Shown: positions 41,901-55,353 of the stretch, piece by piece
Position numbering within the stretch: the stretch's first letter is position 1
Layout of the letters: each line of letters opens with the position of its first letter
NCBI GenBank assembly: GCA_951406725.2
Contig: OX597818.1
Span: 124,310,001 to 124,374,000, forward strand
DNA from: Octopus vulgaris
Lineage: Eukaryota
DNA length: 64,000 bases
Reading direction: 5' to 3'
Translations under genes and position numbers: made by a program
Notes under the pieces: generated by a model
What the model saw: the letters and a program-made list of their open reading frames with translations, nothing else
Database searches by the model: none
What the model was told of the DNA's origin: nothing

Positions 41901-42465
41901 ATTTAATGCAAGAATGACTTCAAGAGTCTGCAAGACAAGCCTGAGTTCACAGCTCAGAGTGAAGCAGATTAGAAATAAATCTTCAAGCTCTATCACAGGT
42001 AACACTCCCTGGTGATTGGTATCCATTACCTACTGCTAGGGCATGAGCAAATGTTAAAACTTCTGAAGTGGGCCATTACAAAAAGAAGTTGCTTATTTCT
42101 GTACTTGGGGAACTGCGGAAATTTAGAATAAAATGTTCTGCTCTGAAATTTATCAAAATTTCTATAGTGGATTGGAACACCTGACTCACGAATAAATAGT
42201 TCGATACCTTACCCACTTGTTCATTTCACAGAATAGCATCTATTAAATTTTTTTCAAGTAAACTTAAGTCATAAAGATAACTTATCAAATACAAAAGGAG
42301 TGTCCTATGTACTTCTGGATATGCTACATAACTCATAGAATGTCTGGTATGTTGCTCATAGTTGTACTTCTTCATTCAATTTGCATTCAAATCATGGATA
42401 TTTTATCATTGTTGATGGACATGCTGCTTGAAAATCTATGTTCATTAGCAAAAAAACCCAAAAAA

Positions 42466-42876
42466 GTGGCTGTGTGGTAAGTAGCTTGCTAACCAACCAC
42501 ATGGTTCCGGGTTCAGTCCCACTGCGTGGCACCTTGGGCAAGTGTCTTCTGCTATAGCCCCGGGCCGACCAATGCCTTGTGAGTGGATTTGGTAGACGGA
42601 AACTGAAAGAAGCCTGTCGTATATATGTATATATATATGTGAGTGTGTGTGTATATGTTTGTGTGTCTGTGTTTGTCCCCCTAGCATTGCTTGACAACCG
42701 ATGCTGGTGTGTTTCCGTCCCCGTCACTTAGCGGTTCGGCAAAAGAGACCGATAGAATAAGTACTGGGCTTACAAAGAATAAGTCCCGGTGTCGAGTTGC
42801 TCGATTAAAAGCAGTGCTCCAGCATGGCCGCAGTCAAACGACTGAAACAAGTAAAAGAGTAAAAGAGAGTAAAGAG
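42466..42876 (+). mobile_element. SINE family B, young copy
   Basis: Near-identical to 26203-26610; CpGs retained. Confidence 0.9.
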
Positions 42877-45136
42877 CAATGGAAAGAAGCAGTAAGGACT
42901 TTGTTGTGTAGATATTTTGTTATAAGATTATAAGGTGAGTGACTACATAGCTGCTCAATCACTGGTTTGTAAATACTGGTAATGTAATCTAAATGTTTCA
43001 CAAGTTTTAGTTGCTAGGTTGTTGCTGAGTTGTCACCGTTGTTTAGTCTCAGGTCAATCCTGATTGAGGAATCATGGTCTCACCTGTTGTAGATGACAGA
43101 TGAGGGCTTTGTAAGTAATTTGTTATTGAACAACCTGCACAAATTATTTGTTTATAGTGATCAAATGTTTGTGCTGTACATTGACTTCCTACCTCCATCA
43201 AATCAACATTGCTTGTACAGGTGCACAGCATGCCTATGTCAGACGTTGAAGTTGTTATTGCAGAGAAATGAGAGATGACGGGATTTGCTCAAGAACACAA
43301 TGTACCGCCTGGTCCTGAAATCAAACCCACGATCTCACAGTTATGCATACAACACTGTAGCCACTTGGCCACACACCCTCATATTTGAGCAATAGCCTTG
43401 AGGGACTAGTAGAGTGCTGAAAAAGCTGCTTTGTGGCATCTCTTTCTGCTCTTTTCATTCTGTCTTGGTGCCAATGTCCAGGACTAACCATCTGAACATG
43501 AAAGCACTCCATTCAACTTACAGTTGGTCACTATGGTCAGGTAGGCCTGCAACTAGAATATAGATAAGCTGGTAGCAGTATGCTAAGGTTTCATCCAGAA
43601 GGGGATTAACAACAGTTGATTGGACTGTAATAAAGAGAAAATGTACTCTGATCAATGTCATTCAATGTGTTCCCCACCTTTTATTTTTTTTACCCTTTTA
43701 AGACAGTAAGTTTTGGTTCCAGAGTTATTTATCAGTTATTGCTAGCAGTTTGAATGACCACATAGAGATTCCTTCCCTGGTTTGTATGTTAATCAGATGA
43801 GAGAATTTAATCTACCCCTTTACAGAATTCTGTCTATTGTTGGTAATACACCTAGATAAACTGGATTAAGAGAACTAGAGTACATTAAGAGTATAATGTT
43901 CTGTACAGAAACACAATCATATACTCACAGGAGATTTGAACTTGTTATCTATGAGTTTATCATTATACCTCACTGATTTGGCCATATCAGAAGTTCCACA
44001 AGCCAATAAGGTGGCCTGCATGTGGATTCCAAATCTCTCTCAAATCACACCCATGCATTCTTTAAAAAACAAAGAAAGAAACATATTGAACAATATAATC
44101 CTACGTATATAAATCGAAGAGGTGGTCATGGTTAGAGAGCTTGGATTATTGGCTTACTCAATCAACACAGTTTGAGGTTAAAAAACAAACATGACATACA
44201 ATAAAGAAGCCTCTACACAGTCACTCAACCTACGATAATTATTACCCTATCATTTCAAAAAAGGACATGCTAGATAATGTACTCCAAGACACATTATTCA
44301 TGAAAATATGATAGGTTAACCATGTCTTGAATATCTTTGGTTATAGTTCTGCCTAATCAGTGCTGACACAGCCCCAAAACCCCACTGAGGTTTGAGTAAG
44401 TTATATTTTCTCCCTTGTGAACACAGTATGGCCAAATGGTTAAAAATGCTCGCTTTGTAATTACAAGGTATATAAATCGAAGAAGTTCAGTTATGCTATG
44501 TGCATCTCAAATCGAAGAAGTTCAGTTATGCTATGTGCATCTCAAGCAAGTGTTATTTACCATAACATCAGAATGACCCAAACCCTGTGCATGAAATGGA
44601 GTTGAAAGAAACTGTACTGGAGGCCATCTGGTGGCTTTTACTTGGAATTTAAATGGTCTAGCCTTGTCACACTATATCATGCTGATACAGCTTGAGGGTT
44701 ACATGATAAGTACATGTGTCTGTGGAATACACAGCCACTTACACATCAATTCAATTATTCAGATAATCAAACAACAAATTACTCATTGTAGAAATTTAGA
44801 GAGATCCACTTGCTTAAATATTTTCATCAACACCTTACAAGAAAGTTACAAAGCCTAGAGATTCTTCTTGTTATCATTGTTTCACCCTGGGTCAACCATG
44901 ATCAACCAAACCTATATGCAAAGGTATTTCAACTAAAACTCTCCAATTTTGGGGGGGGGGTGAATGTGTAAGACTACATTATCTAACATGTCCTTGTTTT
45001 AGTTAAGGTTGTAGAGTAAATTATCTTATGTGTACTTGCTTTATTTAAGATTCTAGAATGTCATTTGATAGAGATTTGGCTGCTTTTTCTAGTATGTCAA
45101 GTTACCACATAAAGGTTCTTGTGACAGCTTATTATT

Positions 45137-45351
45137 ATTATTATTATTATTATTATTGTCTTGCAAACAACTGATCTAGCAAGCGGGGCCTCATATCAGT
45201 GAGGGGGGGGGGCGGTGCACATTGATGCCGTCGAGAGGTAGGCCCCAAAACGGCGCGCATTCTCTCCTGATGACCCCATACACTTGCTGGCTTCCGGTAT
45301 ACGGAGCTTTTGACTGGTAGCACTTGCATGTGCAAGTTGTTTGCAAGACAA
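45137..45351 (-). mobile_element. Fold-back GC-rich element with (TAA)n tail, flanked by a 117-bp direct duplication
   Basis: 17-bp perfect inverted termini at 45156-45172 / 45335-45351; 45020-45136 repeated at 45352-45468. Confidence 0.8.
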
Positions 45352-45914
45352 ATTATCTTATGTGTCCTTGCTTTATTTAAGATTCTAGAATGTCATTTGA
45401 TAGAGATATGGCTGCTTTTTCTAGTGTGTCAAGTTACCACATAAAGGTTCTTGTGACAGCTTATTATTGTTGTGGTATGTATCATTATTATTATTATTGT
45501 TTGTAGGGAGATGGAGTAACAGAAATGATAGAAAGCAGAACAAAATAGCTTGCAGTATTTAGCTATAGACCATTACATTCTGAATTCATATCCCACCAGA
45601 TTTGACCCTTGCCTTCGATCATTCCAGGGTTGATAAAATAGGTATTTGTTTGATATTAGGGTCGACTGTAGCAACTCCCCCTTCCATTGAAAACAGGTGG
45701 CCTTGTACCAATTTTATACATGTTGTTATTGTTATTGTTATGGTGATGACTTCACAGTAAAATGTATTTGTAATGCAGCCTCATTTGCTAGTCAGATACA
45801 TCTCCTTTCATTCCATTGCTGTTGCTTTTCATATTCCTTGAGAAAGGTAACAAACATTACAGCTTTCACTTCTTTCTTCAGTCCTAAAGATATGAGACTG
45901 TTGTTATAAATAGA

Positions 45915-46316
45915 GTGGAGGCGCAATGGCCCAGTGGTTAGGGCAGCGGACTCGCGGTCATAGGATCGCGGTTTCGATTCCTAGACCGGGTGTTGTGAGT
46001 GTTTATTGAGCGAAAACACCTAAAAGCTCCACGAGGCTCCGGCAAGGGATGGTGGTGATCCCTGCTGTACTCTTTCACCACAACTTTCTCTCACTCTTAC
46101 TTCCTGTTTCTGTTGTACCTGTATTTCAAGGGGCCGGCCTTGTCACTCTCTGTGTCACGCTGAATATCCCCGAGAACTACGTTAAGGGTGCACGTGTCTG
46201 TGGAGTGCTCAGCCACTTACAAGTTAATTTCATGAGCAGGCTGTTCTGTTGATTCGGATCAACCAGAACCCTCATCGTCGTAACCGATGGAGTGCTTCTT
46301 CTTCTTCTTCTTCTTC
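45915..46316 (+). mobile_element. SINE family C head with tail type 2 and (CTT)n end
   Basis: 10-bp TSD tataaataga at 45905-45914 / 46317-46326. Confidence 0.9.
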
Positions 46317-47279
46317 TATAAATAGAAATCTTTATTGTATAGTTTTGTGATGGCCATGAGGTAGCAGAAGTAGTTGGTCTCTTTATCAAAATACCTTTCA
46401 GTGTATAATTCTTAGCATTTTATCCCAGCAGACCCAGCAGACAGTATGGCCAAATGGTTGAGAAGTTCTCTTCTCAATCACATGGCTCATGGTTCAATCC
46501 CACTGATTGGCATTTTGGATAAGTGTCTTTTACTATAACCTCAAGTTATAGTCTTTTAATATAACCTCAATGTCTTGTGAGTGAAACTGGATTGTTGGAA
46601 ACTGTGTGGAAGCATGTCCAATGAATTGTATGTATACTTTAAATTCTGGCTTTGTCATACTGTGTCACACCTATGTGTCTATCAACCCCACTGATACAGG
46701 TCTCCTTAGCTAAATATGTCCGTGGAGTACTTAAGGGGATAGGCAGTTCAGTTGACCAAATAACTGAAGATTCACACTTGGAAATTCAAACTGAGATCTA
46801 TTTTCCCCACTAGATCCTGTGAAATACATACCAGTTGTGTATTGAAGTGAAAGACTGGTAAATACTCCATCAATGCCACATATAAAAGTGGAATCAGCTG
46901 AAAATTTGTGAAAGGGGTTGTGGTCCACTTGGAACAAATGGAAATGTTAAAGGAACATAATATAGAATTGTTTTTTTGTGGTTGACAGTCCAAACCATGA
47001 ATCACTTTCTATAAAAATGTGGGAAGATTTGATAGAGATGCAAAATAATTCTTTCTGATTTTGACACAAGGCCACCAAATTTAGAGGGTGGGGATTAGTC
47101 AATTACATCGATACCCAGAACTTGACAAGTACTTATTTTATCGACCCCAAAAGAATGAAAGGCAAAGTTGACCTCAGCAAGATTTGAACTCAGAATGTAA
47201 AGAGTCACAAGAAATGAAGCATTTTGTCTGATGTGCTAACAATTCTGCCTGCTCAACACCTTATAGAGGCACAAAATAA

Positions 47280-48460
47280 CAAAATTCTTTCTTTATTTTT
47301 GTTACAAAGATGACAATTAAGAAGGCATTACAAAGCAGGTTACAAAAGTGTAGGGATTTTATATAAATTGAATGAAATAGTAACAATATATATATACACT
47401 TATGATAAAGTTTTAATAGCAAGACCACTACTTAGGGCCAGTCAACAAACCCCACGGATTCAGGTTTAGTCAGGCTACCAAATATGAGTACCTTCCCCCA
47501 GCAGTATTTGCTGATTCATAGGCATGTGCTTTGAGTAGGTCCATTCACTTGAACCATATTCACCACTATCACTCAACATTTAACAAATTTACTGAAGAGT
47601 AGTATCTCCCAACCATCCCCACCTTCTCTTCCAAATGAATCTTGGACAAATCAATGAAAGCTGAAGAGAACAGTCTCAGTTGGCAATTCTTCCAGTCTTG
47701 CACACTATTCAATATCTTTCATCATAGCCACCAAACAGAGGAAAACTGCTTGCTCTTCTCAGGCAATGGCAGTGATCTTCATGATGGAGTTGTCTGATTA
47801 CTAGAGCCATCTCACTTGCAACAACAGCTGATCAACATAAAATCTACATATCAGTGATATTCAGACAGTGATACAGAAGAGTGTTGTTGCTTTAAATGTA
47901 TCTTAGATAGGCTTGCTAATGGCACTCTTATGACTATAGTCTATCCTGAATTGGCATTGCCCCCACCCCTGCCACCACCACCACCACCACCACAGGTAAC
48001 AGTGTCAGGTGAGAAACTTCTGGAAGTTATCCATAGTTCCAGGGCTGAAAGCCCACTGGAGCAAATCATCCAACTGACTCTCACTGACATCTAAATTTCT
48101 CTGTTCTTCATCACCACTAATCATTGAGGAAAGCTAACATGGAAGTTCCTCAGGTCATATAGTTCCACTGGTAGAAGCTTTAAGTACCAAACAACACCCC
48201 AAATGCCAGATACCAATTTTGGATTTTGTATGATTCAGGACTGCCGCTCCAAAGAGACATGCTATGGAAGGATGTGCCTAACAAAGAGCAACTGCATCTA
48301 CTTACTAAGAGAGAAGGTCTGCTGTTACCACAACCTCGTCACATGTCCAGCATAATCAACCACTGCATGCTAAGCTTTCAATATATAAAGTGTTGGCAAC
48401 AGATAAGACACCTGACCAGTGGAACACATCCCTTTCATAAGATGAGAAAAGCCACAAGCT
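47280..48460 (-). mobile_element. Old Tx1/L1-like LINE 3' remnant
   Basis: Minus-strand peptides resembling PLVR..ICCQ and YVDQLL..AVFLCLVA align with the element at 10228-11364. Confidence 0.7.
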
Positions 48461-49139
48461 CATATTAATGTACTGAAGTCAACTTAACACATACATAGCC
48501 TTCTGCCAACATAAGAGATTATAATAAAAGCTTAGAAGGTCACACAGCAGCAGAAATTGTTGAGTACCAGACTAAATGTCCTACAAAATATACCTTATGT
48601 TCTGAATTCATATCAGAATCCTTCTGTGGTCAATAAAAAAATACTAGGGTCAATTCTATTGACCATATGCTTCCTTCCCTACTAATTTAAAACCCATGCC
48701 TATATGATAAATGTTGTGCTAGTTTAGCCCCAGATCTACTTCAGTCTACCAGTGTTATAGTTAAAGGTTCTATAATCATGACTATCCTCTTTTTTAATTT
48801 TTCAGATCCCCTGTATCTAGAGTGCAGGTGTGTGTGGCCTAGTAGATACCAAGTTATGGTATCAATTCCTGGACTGGGTGGTGCATTGCATTCTTGAGCA
48901 AAACACTTCATTTCATTTTGTTCCTGTCTACCCAGCTGTAAATGGGTAACCTTTCAATAGGCCTGGATCTCATTCAGTAGGGTATATTGTGATCTCTGTC
49001 ACTTAAGCACCATAAAAACTGGGTGACTGACCCTTTGATTCCTTGGACTCAAGACAGTATTTACTACACCTTGGACACATCATACAATATATGCTCCCTT
49101 TTTTGGGGGTATGAAAGGACGTAACTTGAGGGATAAAGG

Positions 49140-49470
49140 GTAAAGAACCCCTTCAGTCATGAATGACCATGGGATTGCACCAAGAAAGCTCTCCTCCAAG
49201 GCACAAATCTGGGCAAGATTGTTTGTGGAATGGCAACAGTTGCCATGCATACCAGCCTCTCCTCTTCTCTCCTCTCCATGCCATTGATGTTATCCAAGGG
49301 AAAGGCAAAGACCGATAGAGCTCGGCACCAGTGATGTCACAACTCAGTTCTGCAGCTGAATGAACTGGAGCAATGTGAAATAAAGTGTCTTGCTCAAGGA
49401 CACAACATATAGCCTAGACTGGGAATCAAACTCACAACCTGAGAATTGTACACCTAACACCCTAACCACT
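49140..49470 (-). mobile_element. SINE family D head with a different tail
   Basis: aaataaagtgtcttgctcaaggacacaac is the reverse complement of the family D core. Confidence 0.65.
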
Positions 49471-50021
49471 GTTTACCTTCCTTCAATTAATTTGAAATTA
49501 TTTTTTCTGAAATTGCCTGAGAGGGAGAGAGAGAGAATTATTAACTCTTTAAATTTGATGTACTTCATTTTATAACTTATCTCCAAAGAGTAGATGTTAG
49601 TTAGATCTACTGCCCTAAGGACTTTAGAAATTTACCTTTAACTGATGTTGTTTCTTCAAATTATTTGCAAATGGATCAAAATAATACAAAACCTTCCACT
49701 TGACTTCTTTCATATTTACTCATTGATCTTTCGTGGAAGTTATTTGCACTTGAAAATTGTCTTAGCCACAAGGAAGAAAATAAAAGTTAATCTCTCTCAG
49801 TAAATAAATAAATAAATAAATAAATAAATATATAAATAAATAAATAAATAAAAAGTAATTCTTATTTTCATTGAAGTAACATACATATAATCTCGTTAAT
49901 CTGTTTTAGGATTAATTGGGTTGATAAAAAGTCTATGTCAGTGTTTTGTTTGTTTATATATTTATTTACTTATTTAACTTCTGATTTGGGTTTTTTTTGT
50001 TTTACAACCTTTTCCTAATGT

Positions 50022-50052
<31 letters not shown>

Positions 50053-50087
50053 TGGTGGTGGTAGTGGTGGGTACAGGGTAGAAGGTG

Positions 50088-50125
<38 letters not shown>

Positions 50126-50226
50126 AGTATATTTATTGGCCTTAAAGATTATGTAAGGTGAAAAATGATCAAATAGATAAGATTCTGAGTTACCATTTCA
50201 GAAAGCTGCAGTTCTTTTGTTTACAT

Positions 50227-50266
<40 letters not shown>

Positions 50267-50359
50267 AGCTGCTACTACTACTATTACTGTCATTGATAAT
50301 AATATATCCAAGAAATGCATCTAGACGAACCAGTACCTGAAGAAAATGTGTCCCCTACA

Positions 50360-50760
50360 GGCACGGGTTGGACGGTTCAACTGGGGTCTGGGAAGCCAGA
50401 AGGCTGCACCAGGCCCAGTCTGATCTGGCAGTGTTTCTACAGCTTGATGCCCTTCCTAACGCCAACCACTCCGTGAGTGTAGTGGGTGTTTTTTACGTGC
50501 CACCTGCACAGGTGCCAGATGAGGCTGGCGAACAGCCACGATCGGATGGTGCTTTTTATGTGTCACCGACACGGGGGCCAGACGAGGCTGGTGACGGCCA
50601 CGTTCGAATGGTTCTCTTACGTGCCACTGGCACTGGTATCACAGCTACAATTTCCATTGATGTTGATCGATTTCGATTTTGATTTTCACTTGCCTCAACA
50701 GGTCTTCACAAGCAGGGTTTGTGTCACAAGAAGGAAAGATATGCATAAGTGGGCTGGCTA
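50360..50760 (-). mobile_element. SINE-like family E; also at 54718-54882, 54970-55130 and 61140-61385
   Basis: Shared gatgcccttcctaacgccaaccact motif. Confidence 0.75.
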
Positions 50761-50799
50761 CGTCCCACGTAGAGGTCACGGGTATGCTCATTATATCAC

Positions 50800-52970
50800 A
50801 TATACAGAGAGCACCCAGAGGCAATTGACCACTGGCTCTTTTCTGGCCAGACTACCGATGGCAAGCGCCAACCTTTTCGCTAATACCTTGGCCAAAATCT
50901 TAAACTCTGTAGAATTATGGGCTGAAAATTCCCAAGCACGTCCCCATTGTCAGCATCCTTTCTCAGCAGTGTTACCACACCCTGGCTAACAGCACTAGGG
51001 ATTCTCCCATTTAGCTGTTAGTTATTGTAGATGTCTTCCAAGAGGCTGCCAAACAAATCTGGCATGAATATATAGAATTCGTAGGGCAGACCATCCAAAC
51101 TGGGTGATTTGTGACTTGTGCAATCGCTGATTGCCTCCCATATTTCATTGGCTGTAATTGGCTTGTCGTAGAATCTCACATAAATAACTGAGAGCCATGT
51201 AGTCTATCCAGGTACAAAGTAAAGTCTGCTACCATTGTCAACCCATCATCCTCCCCAAACAGCCATGCAAAGTTCTGCTGGAAAGTCACACACATCTGCT
51301 CAGAACCGAGTAGCACATGTCCATCTTGATCCATCAAAGACTTGACTGTGGTTTTGTTTCCACGTCATGCCTCTACTATTTGGGCCCATTGGACAGCTTT
51401 AATTCCTTTGTGTTTTAGCTCATGGACCTTAGCTCTGACAACACACACTTCATGTTTCAACTCAAAGATATGATCTAATCTATTTCTTTCTGTCGCTAAA
51501 TACAGTCTGATAAATAGTCTTGATTTTTGAAGGTTCATAATTGGTTGTTTCTGTGTTTCTGTGATTTCATGCTGTTGATGATCATGTTGCTGTTTTTGAA
51601 GTTGTTGTTGTTGTTTTTGTTGGTGTTGTTGCGAATTATGTTGCAGTTGTGGTTTCAGTATATCCTTTTGTTGAGTTCTTGGAATAGAGCTACATACTCT
51701 CCTCTTTCGCCTACCCACTTTTGTCACTGTGATCCATTGATCTTCAGTTCTTTTTCCATGTCATTGCAGTTGATGTTGATGTTCAGAAGGTGGAGCATTC
51801 AGGAGAAGCTTGCTTTTCTATGGCAACTGGGGTACACTCCTTCTTTGTCTTGGTTTGGGAGTGGGTGTGGTCGTGGGTATGGGTGTAGGTGTAGGAACCT
51901 TGAGCACTTGTTCATGATTTTGTGTTTGTGGTGTTTGTAGTGCTGGCAGCAGTGGGAGTTTAGTTTTTTTTTTGTTTCAGAGCAGAAAGCCTTTAAGTGA
52001 CTTACAGATCCCCATATGTGGCATCTGGACTTTCTGCCCTCCACTGACACTGACAGGTGAGTACCATCTAGGAGATCATTAGATCAGGCAGCTGGTCAAT
52101 ATGGTCCTGCTTACATTGTAAGGTCAGTTCCATACCTATACCTGACCAGTTTTGCCTAGGTATTTTCTTGACCTCCAATATCATCACTTCATCTTCTCCT
52201 AAACCTACCAAGACAGCTGCCACTAACCAGGTGACGGGTATTTTGGGTGGCACATTCAACACCCTAATCTTGGCAAGGCGTTGACTGCGGTGGTTGGGGA
52301 TTAAGAAGTTGTCATTCCTCAAAATGGTTGTGGAATTACATCTCGCTCCTCCTCTTGCTGGCCCAAATCTCATCTCAATTGTTCCAAACTTCTTTCCTCG
52401 GGTGATGTGGGTCTTTTGATCCTACACACACCCAAGGCATTTTTGCATTTTGCTCTCAGGAGCAGGAGAATTTTCCACCCAGTGTGACCTAACAGCCATG
52501 CAGCAGTATGTGACTGTTTATCTTAAGATATTTTCTATTACATCAGATGGAGGGTTTAAAGAGACGCTTCTCCCGTTCCTTTTTACAATTTTCCTGGCCA
52601 TTTTTTGGATCATCTTCATCTATGCAGAAATCCTCCAAATTTCTCACTGCAATTGCAAAAGAAACCTACTTTACAGCGGAGGCCATTGTGGAGGTGGTGG
52701 AAATGATGATATTCACATTTCTAAATTTCACTTTGTTAGTATCGTTGTTGATGTTGTTGTTGTTGTCACTGCTGCTGCTGTTACTGTTCTTCTTGTTGTT
52801 GTTGCCATCACCGAAAATTTCGACATTGCTTAGAGACAAAACAGTATTCACCTCAGTGACGTCATTAAGTTTAGGCCATTCTATATTTTTGTTCTCAGTT
52901 TTCTCTCACAAGGAACATATTCCTTTGTCAAACATTATGATGGCTTCTTTATCAGCCATCTTTAACTGAA
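50800..52970 (-). mobile_element. Degenerate Tx1-like LINE: ORF1 with CCHC knuckles plus partial ORF2
   Basis: KSPSLDGLPYEFY, GVVTLLRKD..FKILAKVLAKRL; VEGRKSRCHIWGSVSHLKAFC. Confidence 0.75.
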
Positions 52971-53193
52971 TAATGAAAACAGCAAAATATTTTTTTTGTG
53001 GAAGTTGTTAAGATTAAAAAAATATTGATATGCACCCCCTGCAAAACAGAGGTTGTTTCTACACAAAAATACTATCTGCACAGTCTGGACAATCTCAGAA
53101 ATGCAATGATAACAATAATATGAAAATATGGGACCTTAGAAGACCAAAAAGATTACAGAGCTTCAAATTTCCATGACTTGCAGCTTGGCAGCC

Positions 53194-53244
<51 letters not shown>

Positions 53245-53357
53245 GTAATGGTTTCAAATTTTGTCACAAGGGCAATAATTTTGGGAGAGGGGATGAGTCA
53301 ATTACTTCAACCCTAGTGTTCAACTGGTACTTATTTTATCAACCCAATTTCATAATA

Positions 53358-53426
<69 letters not shown>

Positions 53427-53685
53427 TGGTGTTGATCTTGCCTATTTAATTCAAAATTCACTTTGAAGGCTACCACTTCACTGATGTTGTAATCAACTAA
53501 CTACCAAGCCTGTTATTCCACCACCTACACCAAAGATATGATATAGAATGTGTAAGACAGAGAGATGGGAAGAAAAAAATTGCTCATTAGCAAACACTTC
53601 TGGACAGAAAGCTGACACATGTCTTTCAGCCTGCTAAAAGTAGCAGCCAAAATTGTCCCAATATAACCGTTATAAGTAATGGTTG

Positions 53686-54137
53686 TATTCTTTTCTACTC
53701 TAGGCACAAGACCCGAAATTTTGGTGGAGGGGGCCAGTCGATTGCATCAACCCCAGTGCGCAGCTGGTATTTAATTTATCAAAGGTGGCGAGCTGGCAGA
53801 ATCGTTAGCACGCCGGGCGAAATGCTTAGGCAGTATTTCGTCTGCCGCTATGTTCTGAGTTCAAATTCCGCCGAGGTCGACTTTGCCTTTCATCCTTTCG
53901 GGGTCCATAAATTAAGTACCAGTTATGCACTGGGGTCGATATAATCGACTTAATCCGTTTGTCTGTCCTCTCTGTGTTTAGCCCCTTGTGGCTAGTAATG
54001 AAATAGGTATTTAATTTATCGACCCTGAATGGATGAAAAGCAAAGTTGACCTTGGCGGAATTTGAACTCAGAGCATAAAGACAGACGAAATACTTCTAAG
54101 AATTTTGCCCGGTGTGCTAATGTTTCCGCCAGCTCGA
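53686..54137. mobile_element. SINE A (+, 53781-54005) nested in an oppositely oriented SINE A variant
   Basis: 15-bp TSD ggtatttaatttatc at 53766-53780 and 54006-54020. Confidence 0.88.
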
Positions 54138-54428
54138 CACCATAAGTAATGGCTATATTGAACAATGTAACTATTGATATACAAACAACAGGGTTGTCAT
54201 GACAGGAGTGCCTTTCATCATAGTTTTGTTTGACTGATTGACAAAGGAATAAACAATAAGAACAAAGTTTCCTTTCAACCACTGAGGGAAAATCACTGCA
54301 CATGTTGTCACACTGCTAGATAAAGCAAGTGAATTTCTCACATATCATCACACATTCAACGTCTGAAATTAATTAGGAAACGATTACTTACAAAATATAG
54401 CCCTATGTATATATATATATATATACAA

Positions 54429-54463
<35 letters not shown>

Positions 54464-54466
54464 AAT

Positions 54467-54501
<35 letters not shown>

Positions 54502-55301
54502 CATATATGCACGCAAACGAGATAAGACACGCACACGCACACACTCACACACATACACACACACATAAGCATACACACAAATGTAGCATTCCCTGAAGGA
54601 GGATGAAATGGTTATAAAATCTAAACCTTGACCTAAAGCCTCAACCACTGGCTGTTTTGCTGTGCTTGAGAAGACATATCATCATTATCATCATCATCAT
54701 CATCATCATCATCATCGTTTAACATCCGTTTTCCGCGCTAGCACGGGTTGGATGGTTCGACCGGGGTCTGGGAAGCCAGGGCTGCACCAGGCTCCAGTCT
54801 GATCTGGCAGTGTTTCTACAGCTGGATGCCCTTCCTAACGCCAACCACTCCGCGAGTGTAGTGGGTGCTTTTTACGTGCCACCTATGCTATTTAAAACTG
54901 TGTTTGTCTTTGCATACTGACATGTCACCTGTATCCTTCTTTATCTGAGTGAACCCCAATCTTGCAGGCCCTGGGGGTGCTAGTGCCATGTAAAAAAGCA
55001 CCCATGCCAGTGTTATGTAAAAGCACTCATCCCAGTTCTGTAGAAAAGCACCCAGTACTCTCTGTAAAGTGGTTAGTGCTAGGAAGGGCATCCAGCCATA
55101 GAAACCATGCCAAAACTGACATGGTACCTGGCAGAATGCTTAGCAGTATTTTGTCTATCTTTTCGTTCTGAGTTCAAATTCCACGGTGGTCGACTTTGCC
55201 TTTCATACTTTTGGGGTCGATAAATTAAGTATCAGTTGCATACTGGGGTCGATCTAATCAACTGGCCCCCTTCCCAAAAATTTCGGGTCTTGAGTAGACA
55301 A

Positions 55302-55353
<52 letters not shown>

